This document shows, piece by piece, positions 37,953 to 50,300 of a stretch of DNA of 64,000 nucleotides. How positions within the stretch are numbered: the stretch's first letter is position 1; every line of letters starts with the position of its first letter. The stretch is from Torpedo marmorata (lineage: Eukaryota). The notes below the pieces were generated by a model. That model had not been told where the DNA came from. It was given only the letters and a program-made list of their open reading frames with translations, and did not search any database. A program made the position numbers and the translations under genes. Location: assembly GCA_977017645.1 (NCBI GenBank), contig OZ360222.1:120652001-120716000 (forward strand). The letters are read 5' to 3'.

Positions 37953-38734
37953 CAGGTGCCTAACCTTTTATCTGGAATTCCGGAAACCTTCGAAAACCGA
38001 ACTTTTTTTCATGGATGTTATGTGCTCACCAAACATGACGCGACCTGCACTTAACTCACGCTTGAAAATCCCGTGTCGGTAGTTAGTGGGACGTCGGCCT
38101 CCTGGCAGCAACAGAGACGTTGTACAGGTACAGACGCCGCTGCAACCCCCCCCCCCCATTGTCCAGCGCCGCCGCAACCCCCCCTTGACCAACGCCTCCG
38201 ATTTGGAATGCATGCGCAGATTGCCGTCGCTGGGGAGGGAGAGAGATTGAAGAGGGAGAGAGAGCGGCGGAAATCTGCGTATGTGTTCCAAATCACAACG
38301 CAGGAGCGGTGTCGACGTCGGCCTCCCGGCAGGTCAGGACTAGGACCAGCGTCAGCCTCCCGGCAGGTCAGGAGCTGCACTGGCGTCCGCCTCCCGGCAG
38401 GTCAGTAGCTATGCCGGTGTCGGCCTCCCGGCAGGTCAGTAGCTGTGCCGGCATTGGCCTCCCGGCAGGTCAGTAGCTATGCCGGCGTCGGCCTCCCGGC
38501 AAGTCAGTAGCTGTGCCGGTGTCGGCTTCCCGGCAGGTCAGTAGCTGTGCCGGCGTCGGCCTCCCGACAGGTCAGGACCTAATATGGCGTTCCAAATCAC
38601 AACGGGGCCGGTGACGTCGGCCTCCCGGGTAGGCAGAAGCGTGGACGTCGGCCTCCATAATTCTATAATCCGAAAAAATCCGAATTCCGAAAAGTGTCCG
38701 GTCCCAAGGTTTTCAGATAAAAGGTTAGGCACCT
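37953..38734. mobile_element. Tigger-like MITE (same TIRs as 6387-6770) with a minisatellite of about 33 bp
   Basis: CAGGTGCCTAACCTTTTATC ... GATAAAAGGTTAGGCACCT, then TA; CGGCCTCCCGGCAGGTCAGTAGCT repeats at about 38315-38580. Confidence 0.88.
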
Positions 38735-39823
38735 TATTGATGTATTGTTTCTAATTATTGGCCATTTGAAATTTAAGTGCTTTAACCAATTCCTTTGCAC
38801 AAAGCCAGTACATGTTTTGAGATACATGTAGAAAAGCTCATTAAAACATTGACAAGTATAATGAAAAATTTCTAGCATTATGTTTGCGTTTTAAAAATAT
38901 GCATTTAAGTGTAGAAAATATGGTATTGTCTTTGAATTTGGCACGTCACAATTTTTATCTATTTACCCTATTTTATGACCTATATTTCCTTTTAATTGAG
39001 CAGCTATCAGCACAGATTTGCTTACTGTAACAATAAAATAAGATTACTAATTTGCTGAAATATTGCTGTTGAATGTTTGTTAATGCTCAATGTATTTATC
39101 TAGCACATTTACACTTTTGTGCTTACTTTATCACTGTTATAACATGTACAAAAAAAACACGTGCTTGGCTTTAGATGAGAAATTCATTGGAAATTGGCAT
39201 TGCTGTGTTTTCAATGGGTCTCCAGTCCTTTGAATAACAAAAAATTTCGTATGTTGTCTGCAGTCATCAACATGACCACAAACATTTTCTGTTTATGTAA
39301 ATAAAATCTCAATTTAGTATGTAACTTGCAGGGTTAAAATAGAATGATTTTGCATCTTTCTGTAGTACTCCAAAGATTAATATGTATTGATCAAAGGTCT
39401 ACCAGCAAATTCCTAGTCTAAACCTAGAAAGTCTGGATGAGCTCTCCATTGTTTTGATGTCCATTAACTACTCCAGTCAAATCTACCTGTTTAGTTTACT
39501 ATCAGTTTTTTCTGCTTGAAAATTGTTCATTGGCAACTTTAAATGTAAAGCAGAAAACAATTTTATTCCATTCCATGGAATTTCTTATGGTTTTGGTTGT
39601 TTCATCAGTGTTTTTTTTTATCTGCTTCATTAGTTTTAATTGTAAAGCTTGTTTTGTTAATTTTAATTAGAAATTGCATTATTAATCTTCTAAGTATTTT
39701 GGATGTCTAATTTTGTTGTATATAGTTATAACCTGCATGTTGGTTTGTTTTGTTATCTATTTTGCACATCATCCTCACGCTGACTTATCCTCTCATTTCT
39801 ACCTATGGTTATTGAATCTCATT

Positions 39824-39906
39824 CTAATGGAGGATAAACTCTTCTGAGCCTTGATTTCTTGGGCTAATGGATGGCACAAGCACTGCCAACAGCAAAACAA
39901 TCTCAG
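39824..39906 (+). pseudogene. AFTPH: Decayed AFTPH cassette exon (ANGG*TLLSLDF-GLMDGTSTANSKTIS)
   Basis: 83 nt at the expected position in the exon order; TAA at 39835-39837, an apparent 1-nt deletion near 39860, no AG acceptor (CATT), GT donor kept at 39907. Confidence 0.8.
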
Positions 39907-41018
39907 GTCAACAGAATGTATTAACTGCAGTCTGTCATGCTTGTAATATTGCACTCGCATGACTGTCCCAGATGTGAAAAGCCATATCATGAGTTGGCAC
40001 TGAACCAGCTTTAGCAAATGGTACTTTAACGTGCTCATTTTTAAATTTTTTGCAATTTTTTTGAATCATTTTGTCCAGAAGATGCTTTGTTCCCAAGCTG
40101 TGCTCCTACATTCGCATGTCGCAGAGGTCTAGTTACTGTGAAAACTTGTCATGGAGGTTTAATGAAATTGGACAAATTTTACTTTCAAATCCATGGTTGG
40201 TTACATATTTGGCTTAGCGTCATTGCTCAACATTTGTTGTCTGGGTTGAATTGTTGTAGTACTTGCATATTGTTAGACAGGAAATTCCAGGATGCTGGTA
40301 AATTGTTTGAAGTACTGGGGATATCCATACAAGTCATGATAATATGTGGCCTGCTTGTGATGTGCCATTGCTGCTTGTCTTCGGTGGTAGTTGCTAAGTG
40401 AATTGCTGTTGAATAAACATTGAATAGGAGTGCATCGTCAAAGTAGCACATATGACACCAATAGTGTGCCACTGGTGAAGTAAGGTGAATATGAAGTCCG
40501 AAGGAAGGATTGCAGATCATTTAAACAGCTTTGTGCTGGATAATGAAGTTCTTGAGCGTTAAGCTTGTCTGAGAGTCTGAAGTTTTCTGTGGGCATTTGA
40601 GTTCTTTGATTTTTTCTTGGTGTGTTTCTGTTGTGGCTGTTGTTTTGGTACTAGGTGATGGAAATAAGTCCAGCAGTTGTTGGTACCTGTCATAGCATGG
40701 TTGATGAAAGCATCCTTATGATTTCAATAGGTGTTCGTGCCTGGACCAAGAGTCTTGCCATGAAGTCATGCACTTGTCTCTCTGATGAAACAGGTTGTTG
40801 GATATGACTTGGTTGTGATCCAAAGATTTGCTCAGGAGGAGAACTCCTTTTGAGTTCGCTTTCCCAACTAATTGTCCCTTTCCCAAGGTTTGCATCCTTT
40901 CACTCTTGGCAATGAAGTCACCTGGGAGCATTTAAGAACATTGAACAGTACAGCACAAGAACAGACCATTCGGCCAACCAACTCTGCACCGAACAAGAAG
41001 CCAAATTAAATGAAAAGG

Positions 41019-41224
41019 TGTAGCGGCGCGCACTCGAGGGTCTCGAACCGCCATCGGACACAACGGAGCGACCGGAACTACGCGCTAGGGGCGGGACTTC
41101 CGGAAAGGGTGCTGATGTCACTTCCACCCGGGAATAGTTCAGTGTTTTGAATCCAGTAAAGACTCCATGATTGAACTCCATGTCTCTGCGTCTTTAATCG
41201 ATAGTGCGCCGTAGCGCGACTACA
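41019..41224 (+). mobile_element. Short solo LTR (206 bp)
   Basis: TGTAG...CTACA ends; 4-bp TSD AAGG; CpG-rich with GGGGCGGGACTTCCGG. Confidence 0.8.
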
Positions 41225-43366
41225 AAGGCGCTATTTACACCTGCAGTATTTGGTCCGGATGGACACTTATTCAATCAGACATTTATCATGTATCTACATT
41301 GCTGGCAGGGACCATGTTTATTGTCTTATATGTACTTGAGGGGCTGATTTTGAGTGACTGCTTTGAATAACTGTAGCCCTCCTGGTGAAAATACTCCAAC
41401 AGTGCTGTTGGGGATGCAATTTTGGATTTGAAGACAATAAAAGAGTGGCAATACATATCCAGATCTCTATGATGTGTCTCCTTGATCTTAATAATGCATG
41501 TCATGAGTTTGGGAGGTGCTGTCAGAATGGCCAACATATCTACTGGTAATTGCATCTTGTAGAATGTGTACTTTGCAGCCACTGTTTGCGAATTGATGTT
41601 TAAGGTAGTGCATGGGATGTCAGTCAAGCAGACTGCTTTGTCCTACGTGGTGTTGAGCTGCTTGTGTCATTGGATTGTAATCATCTTGGGAAGTGGGGAG
41701 TATTTCATTGTGCACCTGACTGATCCAAGATGTTCTGGTTACTTAGCTGGCACTGATATATGTGCTCCAGCATCAGCTTGCCTGAAAACAGACATAACAT
41801 TTCTGGGATCTTGGCATCACAGCTAAGGGTGTAAATGATGTGAAGACTTTGGTGTTGATATACTTGGCTTGTGACTAGTTTATTTGAATTTCTGGTTGGT
41901 GGTGACCCATAGTCTGCTGATCAGATGGGATCTGGTGATGTGAATGATATTGAATGTGAGTTAGATTTTGGTTGGAGATGCTTATTGCCTGACACTTCTG
42001 TAAATGTGACTTGTCTCTTGACAGCCCATATCTAAATATCAGCTGCATCTTGCTGCATGCAGGTGCAAATTGCTTTGTTTGCTGGGGAGTAACAGTCAGA
42101 ATTGGACATCGTGCAGTTATCAGTGAAATCCTCATTTCTGACCTTGTGATGAAAGGAAGGTGTTTTGAAGTAGCTGAACATGCTTGGTCCTTGGACATTG
42201 CCTGAAGAAATCTTGGGTCTGGAATAATTGACCTCCAATAGTTGCAAAAATCATCCTTTATGTGAGATACAATTTATCACTGGAGTTTATTCCCATTGTG
42301 AATTATATCAGTTTCAACAAGTCACCTTGATTCCACACTTGCTGCCAAAATTTCTAGTTGCTTCTGGAATTTGGCTCTTGCTCCAAGGCTGTGATGGTCT
42401 GGAGCTGAGATGTCCAAAAACTGGGGTGAATGTGAATAGGTCATTGGTGAGTAAGTGCTGCTGGATAGCATTGTTGACAACTCATTTCATTACTTAAAAA
42501 TCAAAACAGATGCTGAAAATCTAAAATAAAAACTGGTGCTGGAATCATTCAGCAGGTCAGGCAATACTTGTGGGGGCATAGGAATGTTTCATCTTTTGGG
42601 TTGAGACCTTGCATCTGGACTGAGTATAGAGAGGAGATAGAGATGAGAAGGAAGGGAGAAGCAGGGGCTGGCAGGCAATGGGCAGAACAATGTGAGGAGG
42701 GGGATGGTGGGCAGATCCACCCTTTTCTACTTTCTACAGGGACCTCTTTTTCCATGACCCTCTATTTGCTAATTTTAATGTTTTTTAACTTGTTAAGAGG
42801 GGTGAAGGCAAATCTGATCAACTATAATCCTGATGAATTGTACTTTTGGTTTGGTCTGTTACTCTATTGAAAATAATTTTGGTGTACTCAAGATGTTGCT
42901 TCGGGAGAGCTTTCTAAACTTGGCTGTGACTGAAGCTGATGATAGTGAAATGCAGACACTAATTTTTGATACCTACCTTGTGTTTTTCCATTTAACTTTT
43001 GAGAGAAATCCATTTATCTAAGCATGCATGTGAATTCGAAGAAATTGGTAGTTCTGATTGTATTTCTAGCTTGGGTGAAAACACATTTCTTGGTACACAC
43101 CAATGTTGTGTCTCTGTTTTAAGTAAAGCTGATGGCACACAATGGAAAAAATAAAATTGCATATGCTGGAAATGTAAAATAAAAATAATTACTGTGAACA
43201 CTCTCCCAGTCAGATAGCATCTGTGTTAAAAGAAACTAAATTAATGTTTTGTGTCAAAGATTTTGTCAGACGTGAAAAGTTGACTATTTTTCTTTCCACA
43301 GTTGCTGTTTGACTCTAGTTTTCAGCTTTTTGTTTTGATAGTATGCACTAATTTATTCCACACATA

Positions 43367-43862
43367 CAGTGAAACCCCGATTTTACGCGCCCCGATTTAA
43401 CGCGAATTCGGATATAATGCGATGAGTCTTGGACTCGGGTGTCGGGCAGGAGCAGCGGCTCAATGCGGGATCAATGGCCATCTTCGTTACCCATAATCCC
43501 CCACACAGCTGGAACAGCTCTGCGTTTCCCTGGCGCTGGCACTGACAGAGCGGTTCCAGCTGCGTGGGAGATTATGGGTAATGAAGACGGCCATTGAGCA
43601 GCCGCTCCTGCCCGACGCCCGAGTCCAATGACTACTTCTAAACGTGTTTAAACATGCTGCTGAGGTGAGCGTTCAGCGTCGTTGCACACTTTATTTGTTT
43701 CCTGCTGGCGAATTGCCATTTCTGGTTTACTAAAAATTAATTTGTATTTTAATTTCAACTGTAACAACGATTTATTGAAACCCTGATTTAGCGCGACCCC
43801 GCTTTTTTTGCGATGCGATTTTTTTTGGATCCAAACTATCGTGTTATAACGGGGTTCCACTG
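43367..43862. mobile_element. Tigger-like MITE with a long internal palindrome
   Basis: TIRs CAGTGAAACCCCGATT / AACGGGGTTCCACTG; TA TSD. Confidence 0.87.
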
Positions 43863-44105
43863 TAAATCTGAGGATTTCACACGTTCTTTTGTGGGAAGTC
43901 ATGTGTCACATCTTTGTGCTTGCTAGAACTTGGATTTGAATATTTCTCCTTGCATGTATGGTATTTTTCTGAAATTTGTGTAAAGTTTAATTTTTAAACA
44001 TTAAGTTCCACTGCTTGTAATTCTCCCATTGGTTTGAATGTGAATTTCCTGCTTTTCGTACCTAGAGGTACAGCAGTATTAATAAAATTAAAAACCGTTT
44101 TTGAT

Positions 44106-44168
44106 ATTACATAAGAGAAATTCCTTGTGACATTTCTTGAATGTCACAAGGAATTTCTCTTATGTAAT
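44106..44168. repeat. Perfect 29-bp inverted repeat with a 5-nt spacer
   Basis: ATTACATAAGAGAAATTCCTTGTGACATT-TCTTG-AATGTCACAAGGAATTTCTCTTATGTAAT. Confidence 0.95.
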
Positions 44169-44455
44169 TTCAAAAACTATTTTTAATTTCATTAATTAGC
44201 CTGGTTTTGGGCCAGCTGATGATTGCAAAGTCATGTGATTTGTTTAGTGTAAATTGTTTATTTAAATAAATGTAATGAATAAGTACAGTATTTGTGTAAC
44301 ACTTAATCATTTTATTGTAATGTTCAAAGGATACAAGATCCGTGACAATATTTCTTTTATTACATTTGGTACATCTGAATCGCACGCATTTGAACGAAGT
44401 GTATACAGCAAACATTGATGCAAATAGTTATCACTCCTAACTAAATATGATTCTT

Positions 44456-46601
44456 TTTTTTAAATATTTTATTTAAAATTTTAAATCACAAAATACATAA
44501 AGCGTAATATAAAATTATCAAAATACATGTGATACATTTTCTCCCCCCCAACCACCCTCCCCACCCTAACCCTCCCACCCCTACTAATCTATAAAATAAA
44601 AGAAAGAAAAAGATAGAATAAGGAGAATGTCAATCTACAACAAAGAACAACTATAAACTAAATCTATTATGGAAAATAGGTTCACCAGTCTGATCTGATC
44701 TCTGGAGATCTTCAAATTCTTAGACCAACCGTTTTTATGTATGGGCTCCAAGTTTTCAAAAAGAAATGATATTTATTACGTATATTATAAGTAATTTTTT
44801 CAAGTGGTATACATGAACGAAGTTCTGCATGCCACCTTTCTAAACCTAAATCTACATCAGATTTCCAAGTAATAGCAATGCATTTCTTAGCAACAGCTAG
44901 AGCAATTCTCAAAAACTCTATTTGATACATATTTAATTTCGTCATAATACTAATTCTTTTAATATCTCCGAATAAAAAATCATAGGATCCATTGGGAGTG
45001 TAATTCTTAATACTTTGTCCAAAAATTCCTTAACTTTCAACCAGAAATCTTTGGACAAAACCATGTAGAATGTACAAAAGAACCTTCCTCTCTATTACAT
45101 CTGAAACATAAATCTGATAATGTCGGATTAAATTTCTTTAATCTTTTAGGTGTTAAATATAATTGATGGAAAAAAATTTACTGCACCAATCTATATCTAA
45201 CATTAATGATCTTAGTCATACTTAGTTTACATAATTCTTTCCAGTGTTTTTCCTCTATAGTTACATTCAAATTTGATTCCCATTTTAATCTTGATTTATG
45301 GATAGCTACTTTAGGCATTTTCCTCTGTAATAATTTATACATTTGAGAAATAAATTTATTTACACCTCCATTTGTAACTAATAATTCAAATTCACTTTGT
45401 CGAGGTAAAGTCAAATTATGGCCCAATCTTTCAACTAAAAATGCTTTAATTTGGAAATAGGCAAAATACGTATTATTTAATATATTAAATTTATCTTTCA
45501 TTCTTTGAAAAGTAAAAATTTTCCAGCTTCAAAACAGTCATCTATTTTCTTAATTCCCTTTTGAAACCAAATTTTAAATAATTGATTATCAAAAGCAAAT
45601 GAAATAAGTCTATTTTGATATAAAGGCATTCTTGACGAAATTAAACCTTTCGTCCCTATCTCTTTATCGACTCTATTCCATATTTCTAACAGATGTTTAA
45701 AGATAGGAGAATTTTTACCTCTTGATAATATTAATTTAGAATTCCACTTATAAATAACTTCTTCTTTCAAATCTTCTCCTATATTATTTAATTCTATTCG
45801 AATCCAAGCAGAAGATTTTACTGAGTCAAACATTTCATTAATAAATCTTAATTGAGCTGCGTTATAATAATTTTGAAAATTAGGAAGCTGTAAACCACCC
45901 AATTCATAATTCCAAGTTAATTTCTCCATAGCTATTCTAGCCAATTTACCTTTCCACAAAAACTTCCTAATAATTGAATTTAAATCTTTAAAAAGTTTCT
46001 GAGGAATTTCATAAGGAATTGATTGAAAAAGATATTGAATTCTTGGAAAGACATTCATTTTAATACAATTTACCCTTCCTATTAAAGTTATAGGTAAATC
46101 TTTCCAACTTTCTAAATCTTTTTTAATTTTCACAAATAATGGTAAATAGTTTAATTTATATACGGTAAATTAACTAATTTAGTATCTATCTTTATACCTA
46201 AATATTTAATTCCTTCTTTTGACCATTTAAATTGTGTAGTTTCCTTACATTTACTATAATCCCCTTGTGTTAATGCCATAATTTCACTTTTATCAGAATT
46301 AATTTTATAACCAGATATCTCCCCATATTCTTTCAATAAAACATCCAATTGTATTAAAGAAGTAATAGGTTTTGTCATATAAATCAATACATCATCTGCA
46401 AATAAACTAATCTTATGCTCTTCCCTTCCAACTTTAATACCCACAGTCTTGATATCTTGTCTAATTAATTCTGCCAAAGGTTCAATTGCTAAAACAAATA
46501 ATGCAGGTGACAACGGACATCCTTGCCGTGTCGACCTAGTCAGCAAAAACTTTGAAGAAATTTGTCCATTTGTAACCACCCTAGCAGAAGGTTCCTTATA
46601 T
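44456..46601 (-). mobile_element. 5'-truncated L1 (RT 3' half, C-terminus, 3'UTR)
   Basis: 15-bp TSD CTAAATATGATTCTT at 44441-44455 and 46602-46616; RQGCPLSP and FADD motifs. Confidence 0.94.
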
Positions 46602-47387
46602 CTAAATATGATTCTTAACTGTGGGATTTTCAACTGCTGGGGAATGTATTTGAGAGAATTTAGTTTGTGTATGTAATTGTGGTGAGTTACCATGTTTTTC
46701 ACACTGAAACAAAGCATGGTCCTAACATTGCATCATTGCCACAAAATATTTCATTTTGTAGGAAATAACCCAGGGACTTTAAGGTTATAAGCTCATCATG
46801 ATGCATTGTGCAAAGGAATGACGTTTAGAAGCTGATGGTTTTTTAAGTTGCAGAATTTATTTTTTTTAAAAAAAGCTTTGGCTTTGTTACAGCTCCAGTT
46901 AGTGATTGTAATATTCTATAAACGTGTGTGCATGAAAACAAGCATTGAAATGAAGAGTATTTGGGTGCTTCAAAGTAATGGGTCATGATATCAGTGCAGA
47001 AGTATTTGTAACCTTTTTATAAAAACAAATATCCACTAGTAGCCTTATTCTTTGACCGCCTTTGGAAATAAAACTTGATATAACTGCTTAATAAAAGTAG
47101 CAGAATCATAGAGTTCGGAAACTGGCCCAACTTGTCTTTGCCCTCTTGCTTTAGTCCCACTTGCCCACATCCCTTCACTGCCCTTCCATCCATGTAGTTA
47201 TCCAAAGTTTTTTTTAAAAATGAAGCTAATGTACCTGCCTCTGCTACTTTGGCAGCTCATTTAATATGCCCACCACTGTCTGAGTGAAGAACTGTCCCCT
47301 CATGCCCCTTCTTAATCCTAACCCCCTCACTTTGTAGTTACCCCCTCATCTTAGATTCTCCCACTCTAGGAAACAGGCTGTCACTAT

Positions 47388-50300
47388 TGTTGTATATGTC
47401 ACGTATGACGTGATGACGTCATACGCACTATATAAAGCGTAGCGCTGGATACCATTTTAGTTTAGTAATAAAGTTTGAATGAAGAAGCACGTCTCGGTGT
47501 GTTATTGTATGTTTTACACCCGAAATATACAACAGATTGGTGACGAGGATAAAAACGAACTTCCCTAACAAGGAAAGGGAGGGGAAGAAAGAAGACCTAC
47601 CACAACAGTGAGCTCCACAGGCTCACTCACAGAGAACAAAGGAAAAACACAGTGGAAGACTCAAAATGGCGGACAGCCGTTTCGGAGAGTACAAAGACTC
47701 AGAAGACTGGTATGACTACGTTGAAAGATTCAATATGTACTATATTGCCCACAATGTAGTTGATACACCAGTAACAAGGAGAAAACAAGCTTTGTTCCTA
47801 AGTGAAGTGGGAAGTAAAATTTTTAAACTTATGAAGTCTCTTTTGGCACCTGAAAGACCAAGTACTAAGACTTATGATGAACTATGCACAGTAATAGGAG
47901 AACACCTGTGTCCCAGACCTGTAATTATTGCAGAACATTATAAGTTTTACTCTAGGAAACAAAGAATAGGCGAGCCAATAAGCGAATATTTGGCTGAATT
48001 ACGCAGGTTATCAGAACGTTGTGACTTCGGTGAATTCTTAAATGATGCATTAAGAGACAGATTGGTCATGGGTTTAGCTGACCGTCACACCCAACAACGA
48101 TTGCTGAGTAAACCAGATTTAAATATTGGGACTGCTTATGCTACAGCATTGAGTTTCGAAATGGCTGGGAAAAATATTGATATTATACAAGGAGAAACCT
48201 CGACAGTAGGGTATGTTACCAAACCTGGCAGACAACAGTGCTTCCGCTGCGGAAAGAGCAACCACAGCCCTGACAACTGTTACTTTAAAAAGGCCAAATG
48301 CCATTATTGTGACAAAGAAGGACATATTAAATCCAGATGTCCAAGCAGAAAATTACTATACCAGAAAAGTAACAAGCAGAAGTCAAAAGTTAACAGACAA
48401 TCATCCAAAGTAAAAAAAGTTAAAGAAAAAGATGCAGCGGAAACCCCTAGTAGTGAGTCGACTAATGACTCGGATGAGGAAAAAACAGGAGATAGAACAC
48501 AAGCAGTGGATGTAATGCATGTCCACAGTGTGGGGGACAAGAAGTCGGAAATTTATGTAGATGTTAAAATCAATGGCAAACCCATTCGAATGGAATTAGA
48601 CACCGGAGCCTCCGTAACTCTAATGCCGAAAAACATATTGTTTGAATTTTGGCCCAACATTACCATAAAACCATCCGACATCCTATTAAGAACAGTCACA
48701 GGGGAAAAAATCACAGTGATTGGTAAATGCAAAGTGGAAGTCGAATATAAGGGTAAGATCTCAAAAGACTTACCCATGATCATTATTGATGCAAAGGGAA
48801 AAGCCTTATTCGGAAGGAACTGGCTATCACATATTCCGTTGGATTGGATGGAAATTGGATCAGTACTAAAGGTTCAGGCTGAAAATGAACCAAAGTTGGC
48901 ACAAGTACTGAATAAGTATCAGACATTATTTAAGAAAGGTCTGGGGAAAATCAAAGGAGTCGAGGCACAATTAAAATTGAAACCGGAAGCGGAACCAAAG
49001 TTCTATAAGCCAAGGACAGTGCCTTTGCGATAAAAGGAAAAATTGATGTGGAACTCAGCAGATTAGAAAACGAAGGAATCATTGAAAAGCTGCAATATAG
49101 TGATTGGGCAGCACCCATTGTGCCGGTTCGGAAACCGAACGGAGAAATTCGAATTTGTGGAGATTATAAAGTCACCATCAATCAGGCTCTGCAAATACCA
49201 CAACACCCAATGCCCAGAGCCGAAGATTTATTCCAATCCCTAAATGGTGGGGAAAAGTTCACCAAGCTGGATCTCTCTCAAGCGTATCAACAAGTTAAAT
49301 TAGATGAAACATCTAAGAAATATGTGGCAATTAATACTCATCGGGGATTATTCACATATACAAGAATGCCGTATGGAATATCAGCAGCACCAGCGATATT
49401 TCAATCAATTATGGACAAATTACTACATGGAATAGATGTAGGGTGCTACCTAGATGATATCATTATCACAGGACGAGACGATGCAGAACATTTATCAAAC
49501 CTGGAAAAAGTCTTAACACGACTACAACAAGCGGACGTCCGTCTGCGTCAAGACAAATGTGTATTTATGGTGCCCTCAGTAACGTATTTAGGATTTACAA
49601 TTAACAAGGAAGGCGTACAAATGAATGCAGCAGGTACCGAAGCCGTCCGAAAAGCGCCTTGTCCAACCAGCAGATCGGAGTTACAATCGTTTTTGGGGTT
49701 AGTCAACCATTACCGAAAACACATTCCAGACATGTCCACCTTGTGCAACCCATTGAACCAGTTACGAAGAAAAGACCAAAAATGGTACTGGAGTACGAAA
49801 GCAAATGATGCCTTTAACCGGTTAAAAAAGCTATTAACTACGAGCAATAATATACTCGTCCACTACGATCCTAACAAAGAGGTAACTTTGGCGGTAGATG
49901 CCTCACCGGTGGGTCTAGGAGCAGTACTGTCACAAATCACCGAAAAAGGAGAACAACCAGTAGCGTATGCATCTCGGTCCTTGACGGCTTGTGAACGCAA
50001 TTATGCACAATTAGAAAAAGAAGGACTGGCCATAATATTTGGAATCAAAAGATTCCACCAGTATTTATATGGAAGAAAATTCACATTAGTAACGGACAAC
50101 AAACCATTGAGCTTGATTTTGGGACCTAAAAAAGGCATTCCAGTATTGGCGGCAACAAGAATCCAGAGATGGGCAATAATGCTCGCCGCTTACGATTGAG
50201 TTGAAACATAAACCAGCGACACAAAACGAACATGCCGATGCTTTATCACGTTTACCCCTGCCAGAAACGGGTCAAACCGAAGAGATAGTTCAATGGACAG

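Noticed and set aside
40200-42500. Additional gene exons
   Set aside because: No credible spliceable frame; it looks like very old LINE debris that I cannot classify
49010-49050. Programmed ribosomal frameshift between gag-PR and RT
   Set aside because: There is no clear slippery heptamer, and the sister copy at about 60330 reads VPFSIK in one frame, so a 1-nt deletion is simpler
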